Source: Minisyncoccota bacterium (lineage in GTDB: Bacteria; Patescibacteriota; Minisyncoccia; Phycocordibacterales; XYD1-FULL-46-19). From it: a stretch of DNA of 64,000 nt. Below, one piece after another: positions 55,002 to 64,000 of this stretch; position 1 is the stretch's first letter; the number at the start of each line of letters is the position of its first letter. The DNA lies in contig JBAYIK010000001.1 in the NCBI GenBank assembly GCA_041665625.1, forward strand, positions 196,341 through 260,340, in the 5' to 3' direction. Below the pieces are notes generated by a model, which worked only from the letters and a program-made list of their open reading frames with translations, made no database searches and was not told the origin of the DNA. The translations under genes and the position numbers were made by a program.

Positions 55002-56891
55002 ATGAAAATAGTCACTGTTATCCCCCTAAAAAAAAATGTTTGGCGAGACAATTTGTCTTATTTTACGGCCCAAGATGCGCCTCTCGGTTCCCTAGCCACG
55101 GTGCCGGTGAGAGGACAACAGGTTTTAGCCCTAATTATCGACAGCCGTGAGGCAAGCGACCTAAAAAGCGAGCTCAAGAATGTCGACTGGCAACTCCGCA
55201 AAGTGACAAAGATAAGAAAAATAAACTACTTTGACGCCCAGTTTATGATGGCCGCCAACATCACCGCTGATTATTTTGCTACATCCACTGGCCCCGTTAT
55301 TAAAGCCACCATTCCTCAAGCCATTCTCGATGAGCTCCCTGAGGTCAAAGCAATAAAGGCCACCCCAACCGAAAAAATATTACCAGAAATCAACGCTGTC
55401 CAGGAACCAGAAGAGGAGCGACTCGCCCGTTACAAAAGTTTGATTCGCGAAGCTTTCGCCAAAAAACAATCAGTATACCTCTGTCTACCGACCAGCGCCG
55501 ACATCAATCGAATTATTGAACCGCTCAAAAAAGGAATTGAAAACTATGTCCTCGTCGGACACGGCACGCTCTCAAAAAAAGAACAAATTGATTTTTGGAA
55601 AAAAGCTCTTAGCACTGAGCACCCAATACTCGTTGTCGGCACTCCACTCTTCCTCTCTTTACCACGCGAAGACATAAGTACCATAATTATTGAGCACGAA
55701 AATTCTCCGGCCTACAAAATGATGGTTCGTCCCTTTATTGACTGGCGTTTCTTTATTGAAGAGCTTGTTAAACAAAAAGAAATAAGATTAATCTTAGGCG
55801 ACAGCGCTCTCCGTAGCGAAACAATATATCGTTTAGGGAAAAGTGAAGTAACAGCCCTCGGTTCGATCAAATATCGCTTTACCTCTAATGCCACCAACCA
55901 AATTATCCCCTTAACAAATGACAAGGATAAGACCAGTATCCTTGAAGCCACCAATGAGAGACTCAGAGAAAGAATTGAAAATGCTCTGGACAGTAACGAG
56001 AAAGTTTTTATTTATTCAGGGAGGAGAGGCCTTGCTCCCCTCACTATCTGTCGCGATTGTGGGACAGTAATGGCTTGCGATGTCTGTCACTTACCCCTGA
56101 CTATTCACCAGAACCCACGGCTCAAAGAAAGGGTCTTTATCTGTCACAAATGTGGTCAGGTCGTGGAGATTGAAGATGAGTGTAAAAACTGTAAAGGCCA
56201 ACGTCTCGCGATTATCGGCTTCGGTGTCGAAAAGATAGCGGAGGAACTGGCCACAAATTTCCCCAAAGCAACAATCTTTCGTCTTGATAGTGACAATGCC
56301 AAGACCAGTAAAAAAGCCGAAGAGATTATTCGTCAATTTAATAAGACACCTAATAGTATTTTGATCGGAACCGAAATGGCCCTTCACTATATAGACGGCC
56401 CAATAGATAACGTCTTCGCCGTAGGGCTTGATGCCTTCCTTGCTATGCCCGACTGGCGCGCTAGTGAAAAATTATTTTCCACTCTCATTAAGCTCAAACA
56501 ACTAACACGCAAACATTTTATTATCCAAACAAGACAGCCGGAAGAAAAAGTTTTTACTTATGTCACAGGAGGTAATCTTATCGACTTCTATCGTGACGAA
56601 ATTGCTGACCGTCAGGAGATGGGTTACCCACCCTTCAAAGTGCTTATTAAAATATCTTTGGCTGGGAGTTTGCCTGAAATTAGAAAGGAGATGTCCCGTT
56701 TAGAAAAAATGGTCGAAAAATGGCAGCCTCTTGGTTACCCCGATATCTCAAAAAACACCAAGGGTCTCCCGGTTTTAAATATCTTACTTCGTCTCCCCGC
56801 AAGCAATTGGCCCGATCCCGAATTATCAAAAATTCTCAAATCTCTCCCCCCCTCTTTCATCATTAACGTCGATCCCGAATCTGTGTTATAA
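55002..56891 (+). CDS. priA: Primosomal protein N' (PriA), degenerate helicase motifs
   Basis: 4x CxxC zinc region, G.G.EK, R.D.D, IIQT, R....YPPF; DnaA box at 54956-54964 upstream. Confidence 0.85.
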   Translation: MKIVTVIPLKKNVWRDNLSYFTAQDAPLGSLATVPVRGQQVLALIIDSREASDLKSELKNVDWQLRKVTKIRKINYFDAQFMMAANITADYFATSTGPVIKATIPQAILDELPEVKAIKATPTEKILPEINAVQEPEEERLARYKSLIREAFAKKQSVYLCLPTSADINRIIEPLKKGIENYVLVGHGTLSKKEQIDFWKKALSTEHPILVVGTPLFLSLPREDISTIIIEHENSPAYKMMVRPFIDWRFFIEELVKQKEIRLILGDSALRSETIYRLGKSEVTALGSIKYRFTSNATNQIIPLTNDKDKTSILEATNERLRERIENALDSNEKVFIYSGRRGLAPLTICRDCGTVMACDVCHLPLTIHQNPRLKERVFICHKCGQVVEIEDECKNCKGQRLAIIGFGVEKIAEELATNFPKATIFRLDSDNAKTSKKAEEIIRQFNKTPNSILIGTEMALHYIDGPIDNVFAVGLDAFLAMPDWRASEKLFSTLIKLKQLTRKHFIIQTRQPEEKVFTYVTGGNLIDFYRDEIADRQEMGYPPFKVLIKISLAGSLPEIRKEMSRLEKMVEKWQPLGYPDISKNTKGLPVLNILLRLPASNWPDPELSKILKSLPPSFIINVDPESVL

Positions 56892-56898
56892 TAGGCCG

Positions 56899-57420
56899 AT
56901 GGTAAAAATTGTAACCAAAGACCATAAAGGGCTACATGAAAGGGCAAAGACAGTCCCGAAGGAACTTTTTGGTACCCCTGAACTTAAGAAAATTATTGCC
57001 GATATGAGTCTCGCTCTCTCTAAAGAGGATGACGGGGTGGCCCTAGCCGCGCCTCAGATTGCCGTGCCTCTTAGAATTTTTATCGTCGCCGGTAAGATTC
57101 TAACACCAGAAGATGAGGAGAAAATTTACCCAGACTTAGTCTTTATTAATCCGATTATAACCAAGCTATCTAGAACAAAAGAAGAGATGGATGAGGGCTG
57201 TCTCTCGGTGCGTTGGTACTTCGGTCAAGTGAAGCGCTCAAGCAAGGCAACGGTTGAAGCTTATGATATTAATGGTAAAAAATTCTCTCGTTCAGGCTCT
57301 GGCGTCATTGCCCAAATCTTCCAACACGAGACCGATCACTTAGACGGAGTGCTCTTTATTGAAAAAGCCAAGAACCTAAGGGAATATACCCCGGAAGGAA
57401 AACAAAAAGAAAAAGCCTAG
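56899..57420 (+). CDS. def: Peptide deformylase
   Basis: GVALAAPQ, EGCLS, QHETDHLDG. Confidence 0.96.
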   Translation: MVKIVTKDHKGLHERAKTVPKELFGTPELKKIIADMSLALSKEDDGVALAAPQIAVPLRIFIVAGKILTPEDEEKIYPDLVFINPIITKLSRTKEEMDEGCLSVRWYFGQVKRSSKATVEAYDINGKKFSRSGSGVIAQIFQHETDHLDGVLFIEKAKNLREYTPEGKQKEKA

Positions 57421-57863
57421 GCTCGAGAAATTAATTGATCACCTTCGTCCCACCAACGACCAAAACCGGTCGAAGGGTTTTTATCAAGAGATAACCTCCA
57501 GCCCATCCCGCCCCACCATAGACGAACAACGCAACCAGCGACCATAAAGAAGTTGGGTTCAGTAGTCAGGAGAAAACCTTCTTCTCCGTTCGGTTGTTGC
57601 TCCAGTAAAAACTTGATGTCAGCCAAGCTCGAGTCTCCTTCTCCATCAAGAAAAAAAGTCTCTTTCTGCCCTAAGGCTCGTGCGCCTAGGCGACGAGGGC
57701 CTTCGACCCCAACCGTCCCCCACATCTTTTTTAAATCAGAGTCAACGGAGCTAAAACGAATATCGTTAGAATTAACATTAAAAAAATCTGACACCTCGAA
57801 GGCTTCTGTTACTGGTAAATCGATTTGCTTGCCAGGGGAACTTTCTTTAGTTGGATCTTCCAT
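57417..57863 (-). CDS. Hypothetical protein inserted between def and fmt
   Basis: 148-aa ORF on the opposite strand. Confidence 0.6.
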   Translation of the reverse strand: MEDPTKESSPGKQIDLPVTEAFEVSDFFNVNSNDIRFSSVDSDLKKMWGTVGVEGPRRLGARALGQKETFFLDGEGDSSLADIKFLLEQQPNGEEGFLLTTEPNFFMVAGCVVRLWWGGMGWRLSLDKNPSTGFGRWWDEGDQLISRA

Positions 57864-57924
57864 TGACTTAATAATATTACAGGCGTATTTACTTGTCTAG
57901 CCGTTTCTTGCTAAACTTCTTAAT

Positions 57925-58767
57925 ATGAAATTTGCTTTCTTTGGAACAGACGAGTTCAGTGTTAGGGCTTTAGATAATCTTAAAAAAGAGGGGCTTTTAG
58001 CTTCCCTCATTGTTACCGTGCCCGATCAACCGAAGGGGAGAAAAAGGGTGATGACTTCCCCATTGGCCAAGACCTGGGCAGAAGAAAATGACATCCCCTT
58101 TATTCAGCCGGCGAGCTTGAAGGGACTAAATTTTCCTGAAGAAAAATTTGATTTCTTTTTAGTCGCGTCTTATGGCAAGATAATCCCACAAGAAATTTTA
58201 AATATTCCAACTCATGGCACTCTTAATATCCATCCGTCACTTCTTCCTAAATATCGTGGGCCTTCACCCCTAGAAACTGCCATTCTAAATGGTGATGAAG
58301 AAACAGGCGTCGCCATTATGTTAGTTGACGCTCTCATGGACCACGGGCCAATTATTGCCATGGAAAAAATTGAATTAGCTGATAAATATAATTTTGAACA
58401 ACTAAGAGACAAATTATCTGATGTCGGAACAGAGTTATTAATTAAGATTTTGCCAGATTATTTAGCTGGCAAAATTAGTCCTGAGCCCCAAGATCACGAG
58501 CAAGCAACCGTCACAAAAAAATTTACCAAGGAAGATGGTTTCTTAGACCAGCAAGCTCCGGCTCTTTCCCGCTTCCGTCAAATTCTCGCTTTTAATCCTT
58601 GGCCCGGCACTTATTTTGATTACCCCGGGCCGGCCGGTAAAATTCGTCTTATAGTAAAACAAGCTCACCTCGAGGAGGATAAGCTTGTCTACGATCGTGT
58701 TGTCCCAGAAGGGCGCAAAGAGATGGATTGGAAATCTTTCCTAAACGGACTACACGCGGCGGAATAG
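57925..58767 (+). CDS. fmt: Methionyl-tRNA formyltransferase
   Basis: NIHPSLLPKYRG.SP, MD.GPI, NPWPG. Confidence 0.95.
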   Translation: MKFAFFGTDEFSVRALDNLKKEGLLASLIVTVPDQPKGRKRVMTSPLAKTWAEENDIPFIQPASLKGLNFPEEKFDFFLVASYGKIIPQEILNIPTHGTLNIHPSLLPKYRGPSPLETAILNGDEETGVAIMLVDALMDHGPIIAMEKIELADKYNFEQLRDKLSDVGTELLIKILPDYLAGKISPEPQDHEQATVTKKFTKEDGFLDQQAPALSRFRQILAFNPWPGTYFDYPGPAGKIRLIVKQAHLEEDKLVYDRVVPEGRKEMDWKSFLNGLHAAE

Positions 58768-59106
58768 ATTCTTGATAGCGCGAGAACCACGCTTGAACAA
58801 AGTATTTTTCTTTTTTTCTGAAGTACTAATATCCTCAGCCAGGCCATCTTTGACCTTATCAATAGCAGCATAGAGATCATCTTTTTCTTCAACGTGACGA
58901 ATAATCTTACCCGCCGTGTGAAGATTAATCTCACCAAAGAACCATTCACCAGTCTTGTGATGATTGGTTCTCTTTCCAATTTCTACATCAGCATAAGCCG
59001 CCGGGTCATTGATTAGTAATTTGTCGAGCATGGCCACCTTATCATTAACATAGGAGCTGAGCGCCGGAGTAAGTTCTATCCCAGAAGCTTTTATATTGAT
59101 TCTCAT
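58750..59106 (-). CDS. hpf: Ribosome hibernation promoting factor (short HPF/RaiA)
   Basis: I.LTPAL..YV..K, DLYAAID. Confidence 0.88.
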   Translation of the reverse strand: MRINIKASGIELTPALSSYVNDKVAMLDKLLINDPAAYADVEIGKRTNHHKTGEWFFGEINLHTAGKIIRHVEEKDDLYAAIDKVKDGLAEDISTSEKKKNTLFKRGSRAIKNLFRRV

Positions 59107-59192
59107 ATTAATTTATTGTTAATAATTAATAATGGGGGCCTTTTATACCCCCATTATATCATACAATTAGAAGTGGCAAATATAATAAGTCT

Positions 59193-60626
59193 CTAGATGG
59201 TTTCAGCAAGAATGGTATTGGTTGTGCCACCAGTGCCCAACGGTAAGCCAGCCACAATAATAACCTTATCCCCTTTTTTAACCAGTTTTTTGCCTAAGAG
59301 CATACCCTTAGACTCTTCGACCACCTGAGAAAGTGAAACAAAATTTTTATCGAGTAGCGGGTAACAACCAAAAGACAAGGCCATTTGATTATAAGTTTTC
59401 TCGTTCGGAGTGAAAATGACCAGGGGTTTCTTAGGCTTAAGGCGTGAGATCATTCGAGCGGTATAACCCGAAGCTGATAAGACAACGATGGCACTAGCCT
59501 CAATATTGCGACCGACATTTATCGCCGCCTGAGAGATAGCATCCGTAACACTACTCTTAAGGCAAACATTACTTGAGCAGACATTAGCCAGATAAACATC
59601 ATGGTCAAGATGTTTCTCAGTCTGGATTGCCACACGAGACATCACATCAACAGCTTCTACGGGGTGTTTGCCAAGAGTGGTCTCTTCAGAAAGCATCACC
59701 GCGTCAGTACCATCAAAAATAGCATTGGCCACATCATTAACCTCCGCCCGAGTCGGAGTTGCGGAACTAATCATTGATTCCAACATTTGCGTTGCAGTAA
59801 TAACAGGCAAGCCCAAACGGTTACATTTCTTAATAATCGTCTTCTGTGCAAAAGGTACTTGCTCCGCGGGAATCTCAATGGCTAGGTCACCGCGGGCGAC
59901 CATAACACCATCCGAAACAGCAAGAATGGCGTCTAAGTTATCAATGGCTTCTTCGGTTTCTATTTTGGAAATAATTTTGATATCTTCGGCCCCCTTCTGT
60001 TTAAGAATTTCTCGCAATTCGATAACATCTTCAGGACGACGGACAAAAGAAAGAGCCATAAAATCTACTTTTTTCTCGATACCAAATTCTAGATCTTTCT
60101 TATCTTTATCAGTTAGAGACGAAAGGGAAAGGTAGGCACCAGGGACATTAACTCCTCGACGACCCTTAGTCTCACCACCAATAATAATCTGACAATAGAT
60201 ATCATTACCAAGAACCTTCTTCACTTCAAGTTTCTTCTTACCATCGTCAAGAAAAATAATATTGCCCGCTTTAACTTCTTTAGGCAAATTAGCATAAGAG
60301 ACCCAAGCCTTGTGTTCATCTCCAACAACAGCTTCAGTGGTGGTTAAAACAAATTCCTCACCCGGGACCAAGGTCACTCGCTCTTGGTAAAAATCACCAA
60401 TACGAATTTTGGGGCCACAGAGATCTTGCAAAATGGCCACGGGGGTATCTAGTCGAGCCGAGATAGACCTAGCCCGCGTCACCCGGACGCCGTGCTCGGC
60501 AAAATCTCCATGAGAAAAATTAAGACGAATGACATTAACCCCGTGTTTAATTAAACGCTCAAGGGTTTTCTCATCTTCAGAGACCGGCCCAATCGTCGCG
60601 ACTATTTTAGTTTTCTTTGTATACAT
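59193..60626 (-). CDS. pyk: Pyruvate kinase
   Basis: KTKIVATIGP, RLNFSHG, MVARGDL, ATQMLESM, PTRAEV.DV. Confidence 0.97.
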   Translation of the reverse strand: MYTKKTKIVATIGPVSEDEKTLERLIKHGVNVIRLNFSHGDFAEHGVRVTRARSISARLDTPVAILQDLCGPKIRIGDFYQERVTLVPGEEFVLTTTEAVVGDEHKAWVSYANLPKEVKAGNIIFLDDGKKKLEVKKVLGNDIYCQIIIGGETKGRRGVNVPGAYLSLSSLTDKDKKDLEFGIEKKVDFMALSFVRRPEDVIELREILKQKGAEDIKIISKIETEEAIDNLDAILAVSDGVMVARGDLAIEIPAEQVPFAQKTIIKKCNRLGLPVITATQMLESMISSATPTRAEVNDVANAIFDGTDAVMLSEETTLGKHPVEAVDVMSRVAIQTEKHLDHDVYLANVCSSNVCLKSSVTDAISQAAINVGRNIEASAIVVLSASGYTARMISRLKPKKPLVIFTPNEKTYNQMALSFGCYPLLDKNFVSLSQVVEESKGMLLGKKLVKKGDKVIIVAGLPLGTGGTTNTILAETI

Positions 60627-60693
60627 ATTTTTTAAATTATAAGAGGTGAAGCTCCCCTTTTGAGAAGCCCCACCTCTTAGACTATTTGATTAC

Positions 60694-61464
60694 TTACTTA
60701 ATACCGTAACGTAAAACGACTGAGGCTGTCAAATCTTGAGACCCGGGCTCTATGGCCGGGGCTGGAGCTGAGACACTCTTCATCATGGCAATATCCGCAC
60801 CGCCACCAATACCATAAGGCATAGGCTGATAAGAATTACCGTTATCCTCGATCGAGAGTAATTCCCCTAAACGGAAACCAGCAGTCGAAGCCAGAGCCTT
60901 AGCCTTAAGCTGAGCCTTCTTAACGGCTTCGCCCTTCACTTGACCCAAGAGACTATCCATATCGTCGAAGGTAAAACTTAATTGAGAGACAGTATTGGCT
61001 CCAGCCGCCACCACTCCCTGTAGAACTTTACCAATAACCTTAAAATCACGGATCTTAACTGTCGCGTTCTGTCTGACAGTATAGCCAACTATCGCTGGTG
61101 GTGGGCAGACCATATTCCCAGTGCAAGAAGAATATTGATAACGTGGCTCTAAGCTATAACCGGTAGTCTTAATATCTTTGGCCTCAATTTTTTGGCCTTT
61201 TAGATAATCAATAATTTTATTCATCTTGGTCGTATTCTGTTCTTGTAGTTTGGCAACGTCAGTCCCCCCTTCGGTGACAACACCAAGATCAACAGTGGCA
61301 ATATCAGGAACGGCATTAACTTTAGCCTCACCGGTAACACTAAAACTTCGGAGCATCATTGAGTCAGCATAAGTTTGTGAATAAGAATAAGCTGAGTAAG
61401 ACAAAATTAGCACCGCGACAATCAACACCCCATAAAACACATTCTTTGTTTTTATATTATCCAT
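60694..61464 (-). CDS. SIMPL (DUF541) domain protein
   Basis: SVTGE..V.AVPD.A, GAN.V..L.F, IEPG.Q. Confidence 0.88.
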   Translation of the reverse strand: MDNIKTKNVFYGVLIVAVLILSYSAYSYSQTYADSMMLRSFSVTGEAKVNAVPDIATVDLGVVTEGGTDVAKLQEQNTTKMNKIIDYLKGQKIEAKDIKTTGYSLEPRYQYSSCTGNMVCPPPAIVGYTVRQNATVKIRDFKVIGKVLQGVVAAGANTVSQLSFTFDDMDSLLGQVKGEAVKKAQLKAKALASTAGFRLGELLSIEDNGNSYQPMPYGIGGGADIAMMKSVSAPAPAIEPGSQDLTASVVLRYGIK

Positions 61465-61512
61465 ATTTTTTTATTTTTAAGAATAAATATTAATTAATAA
61501 TTGACTTTATTA

Positions 61513-62373
61513 TTATAGGACAATTCGGAGGACGAGGGCAAGAAACAAAGCCAGAACCTTCAACCACCAATTCCGAGCCAAAAAGACGCGCCAAAAATGA
61601 GAAAATTCTGGTTCTTGAGCTACACTGATAAATTTACTAATCTGCTCTTCTAGTAAATGGATATTATCAATTTTTTTTAATTCACCACGACTAGCGACAG
61701 AAATTTCGCCACGCTCTTCGGAAACAACAATGACAAGAGCGTCCGTCCTTTGCGTAATTCCCACAGCCGCACGATGTCTTGTCCCAGTTTTTTCGAAACC
61801 AGAAAAATTATCGGCCAGAGGCAAATGAACGCCAAACTTCTTCACTCGATTATTATCGATAATCATGGCTCCATCATGCCCCGGACTAGTTGGATCAAAA
61901 ATTGAAAGAATGAGAGGTAAAGAAACCCGTCCCTCAAGAACGAAACCTCCCTCAACAATACCCTCTAGTGGTAATTCTCCAGGCAAGACAATCAATGCCC
62001 CGATTTTCTTAGCCGCCATTTCTTGGGCCGCTTTAATAATAGAGAAAGAGACATCATTTGAAATTGTTCTTTGCCGACGGTGAGTCAAGCGACGAGTGGA
62101 AATAAAAATCCAGTCAAAGAAGCGCCGAAGTTCTCGTTGGAATATGACGACAAAGACAAGAAGGAAAACTGTTGATAGGATTTGGAATATCTCTCGGGTT
62201 AAAGTTAAGGATAATGTTCGCGCAAAATAAATAATTAAGAGATAAATCGCTGCCCCATAAGCCACAACAAAAGACTTAGACTGCTTAATGAAGACCAGAA
62301 TGAAATAAATCAGCAAGGCAACAAGCAAAACATCAATAATATCTTTAGATTGGAAAAGTGTTAAATATGACAT
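61513..62373 (-). CDS. cdaA: Diadenylate cyclase CdaA/DacA
   Basis: 3 TM helices; HDGA, GTRHRAA, VVSEE motifs. Confidence 0.9.
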   Translation of the reverse strand: MSYLTLFQSKDIIDVLLVALLIYFILVFIKQSKSFVVAYGAAIYLLIIYFARTLSLTLTREIFQILSTVFLLVFVVIFQRELRRFFDWIFISTRRLTHRRQRTISNDVSFSIIKAAQEMAAKKIGALIVLPGELPLEGIVEGGFVLEGRVSLPLILSIFDPTSPGHDGAMIIDNNRVKKFGVHLPLADNFSGFEKTGTRHRAAVGITQRTDALVIVVSEERGEISVASRGELKKIDNIHLLEEQISKFISVAQEPEFSHFWRVFLARNWWLKVLALFLALVLRIVL

Positions 62374-62476
62374 AATGAAGACAAATAAGACCTAAGGGCT
62401 CTTGCCCTTAGCATCAATTTAGATGTGTAATACTGGTAATTATAGCAAATTTGTCTCCTTGGGGCAAATCAGTTAA

Positions 62477-63781
<1,305 letters not shown>

Positions 63782-63802
63782 GCTTAATCAAATTCAAAAA
63801 CT

Positions 63803-63850
63803 CAAAAGCCCTTATCTTGCGAAGTCCAACTTCGATAAATAAGGGCTTTT
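63803..63850. terminator. Bidirectional terminator between eno and gpmA
   Basis: AAAAGCCCTTAT...ATAAGGGCTTTT. Confidence 0.65.
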
Positions 63851-63878
63851 GGGTTACTTTATCAACAATTTTACAGGC

Positions 63879-64000
63879 TTAAGCTTTTTTGCCTTGATTG
63901 GCGACTTTGTCGAGGGCCGCTTGGAGAGCAGCGGGGTCGGCGAGGAAGTAGCGATTGATTGGTTTGAGATTATCGTCTAATTCGTAGACCATTGGGATGC
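63879..64000 (-). CDS. gpmA: 2,3-BPG-dependent phosphoglycerate mutase, C-terminal fragment
   Basis: IPMVYELDDNLKPINRYFLADPAALQAALDKVANQGKKA*. Confidence 0.85.
   Translation of the reverse strand, partial: IPMVYELDDNLKPINRYFLADPAALQAALDKVANQGKKA

Overview
64-kb window of a reduced, AT-rich bacterial chromosome, very probably Patescibacteria/CPR (Parcubacteria-like; standard code 11). The backbone is housekeeping: corA fragment, cysS, dnaB, recR, rplU, rmuC, mraZ-rsmH-ftsL-ftsI-murF, lysS-greA, murA-mreB2-holB-frr-rseP-proS-mreB-mreC-mreD-mrdA, priA-def-fmt, hpf, pyk, cdaA, eno, gpmA fragment and one tRNA-Glu(CTC). A defence/accessory island at ~12.0-20.5 kb holds a wHTH regulator, C39 peptidase, HTH-DUF4065 antitoxin plus putative toxin, SEC-C/nuclease-like protein, Sau3AI-like R-M pair and RadC, with two families of palindromic direct repeats between the genes. 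The most interesting signals are non-coding. (1) Most backbone genes look leaderless (-10 box 6-10 nt before ATG, no SD), whereas about ten dispersed, GC-richer orphan genes are self-contained units with a -35/-10 promoter, a strong AAGGAG(G) SD and a GC terminator. (2) An unannotated ~235-nt structured RNA (10.1-10.36 kb) has its own promoter and terminator and displays anti-Shine-Dalgarno-like CCUCC(UU) motifs in its loops. (3) A 103-127 bp inverted-repeat element (TCCCGTTAGAA...TTCTAACGGGA) sits exactly at the start codon of both dnaB and lysS and regenerates the ATG. (4) Also present are a tRNA-Glu acceptor-stem mimic, an in-frame palindromic doublet inside holB and several microproteins missed by the ORF track. 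Function calls come from motif recognition only; no database searches were run.
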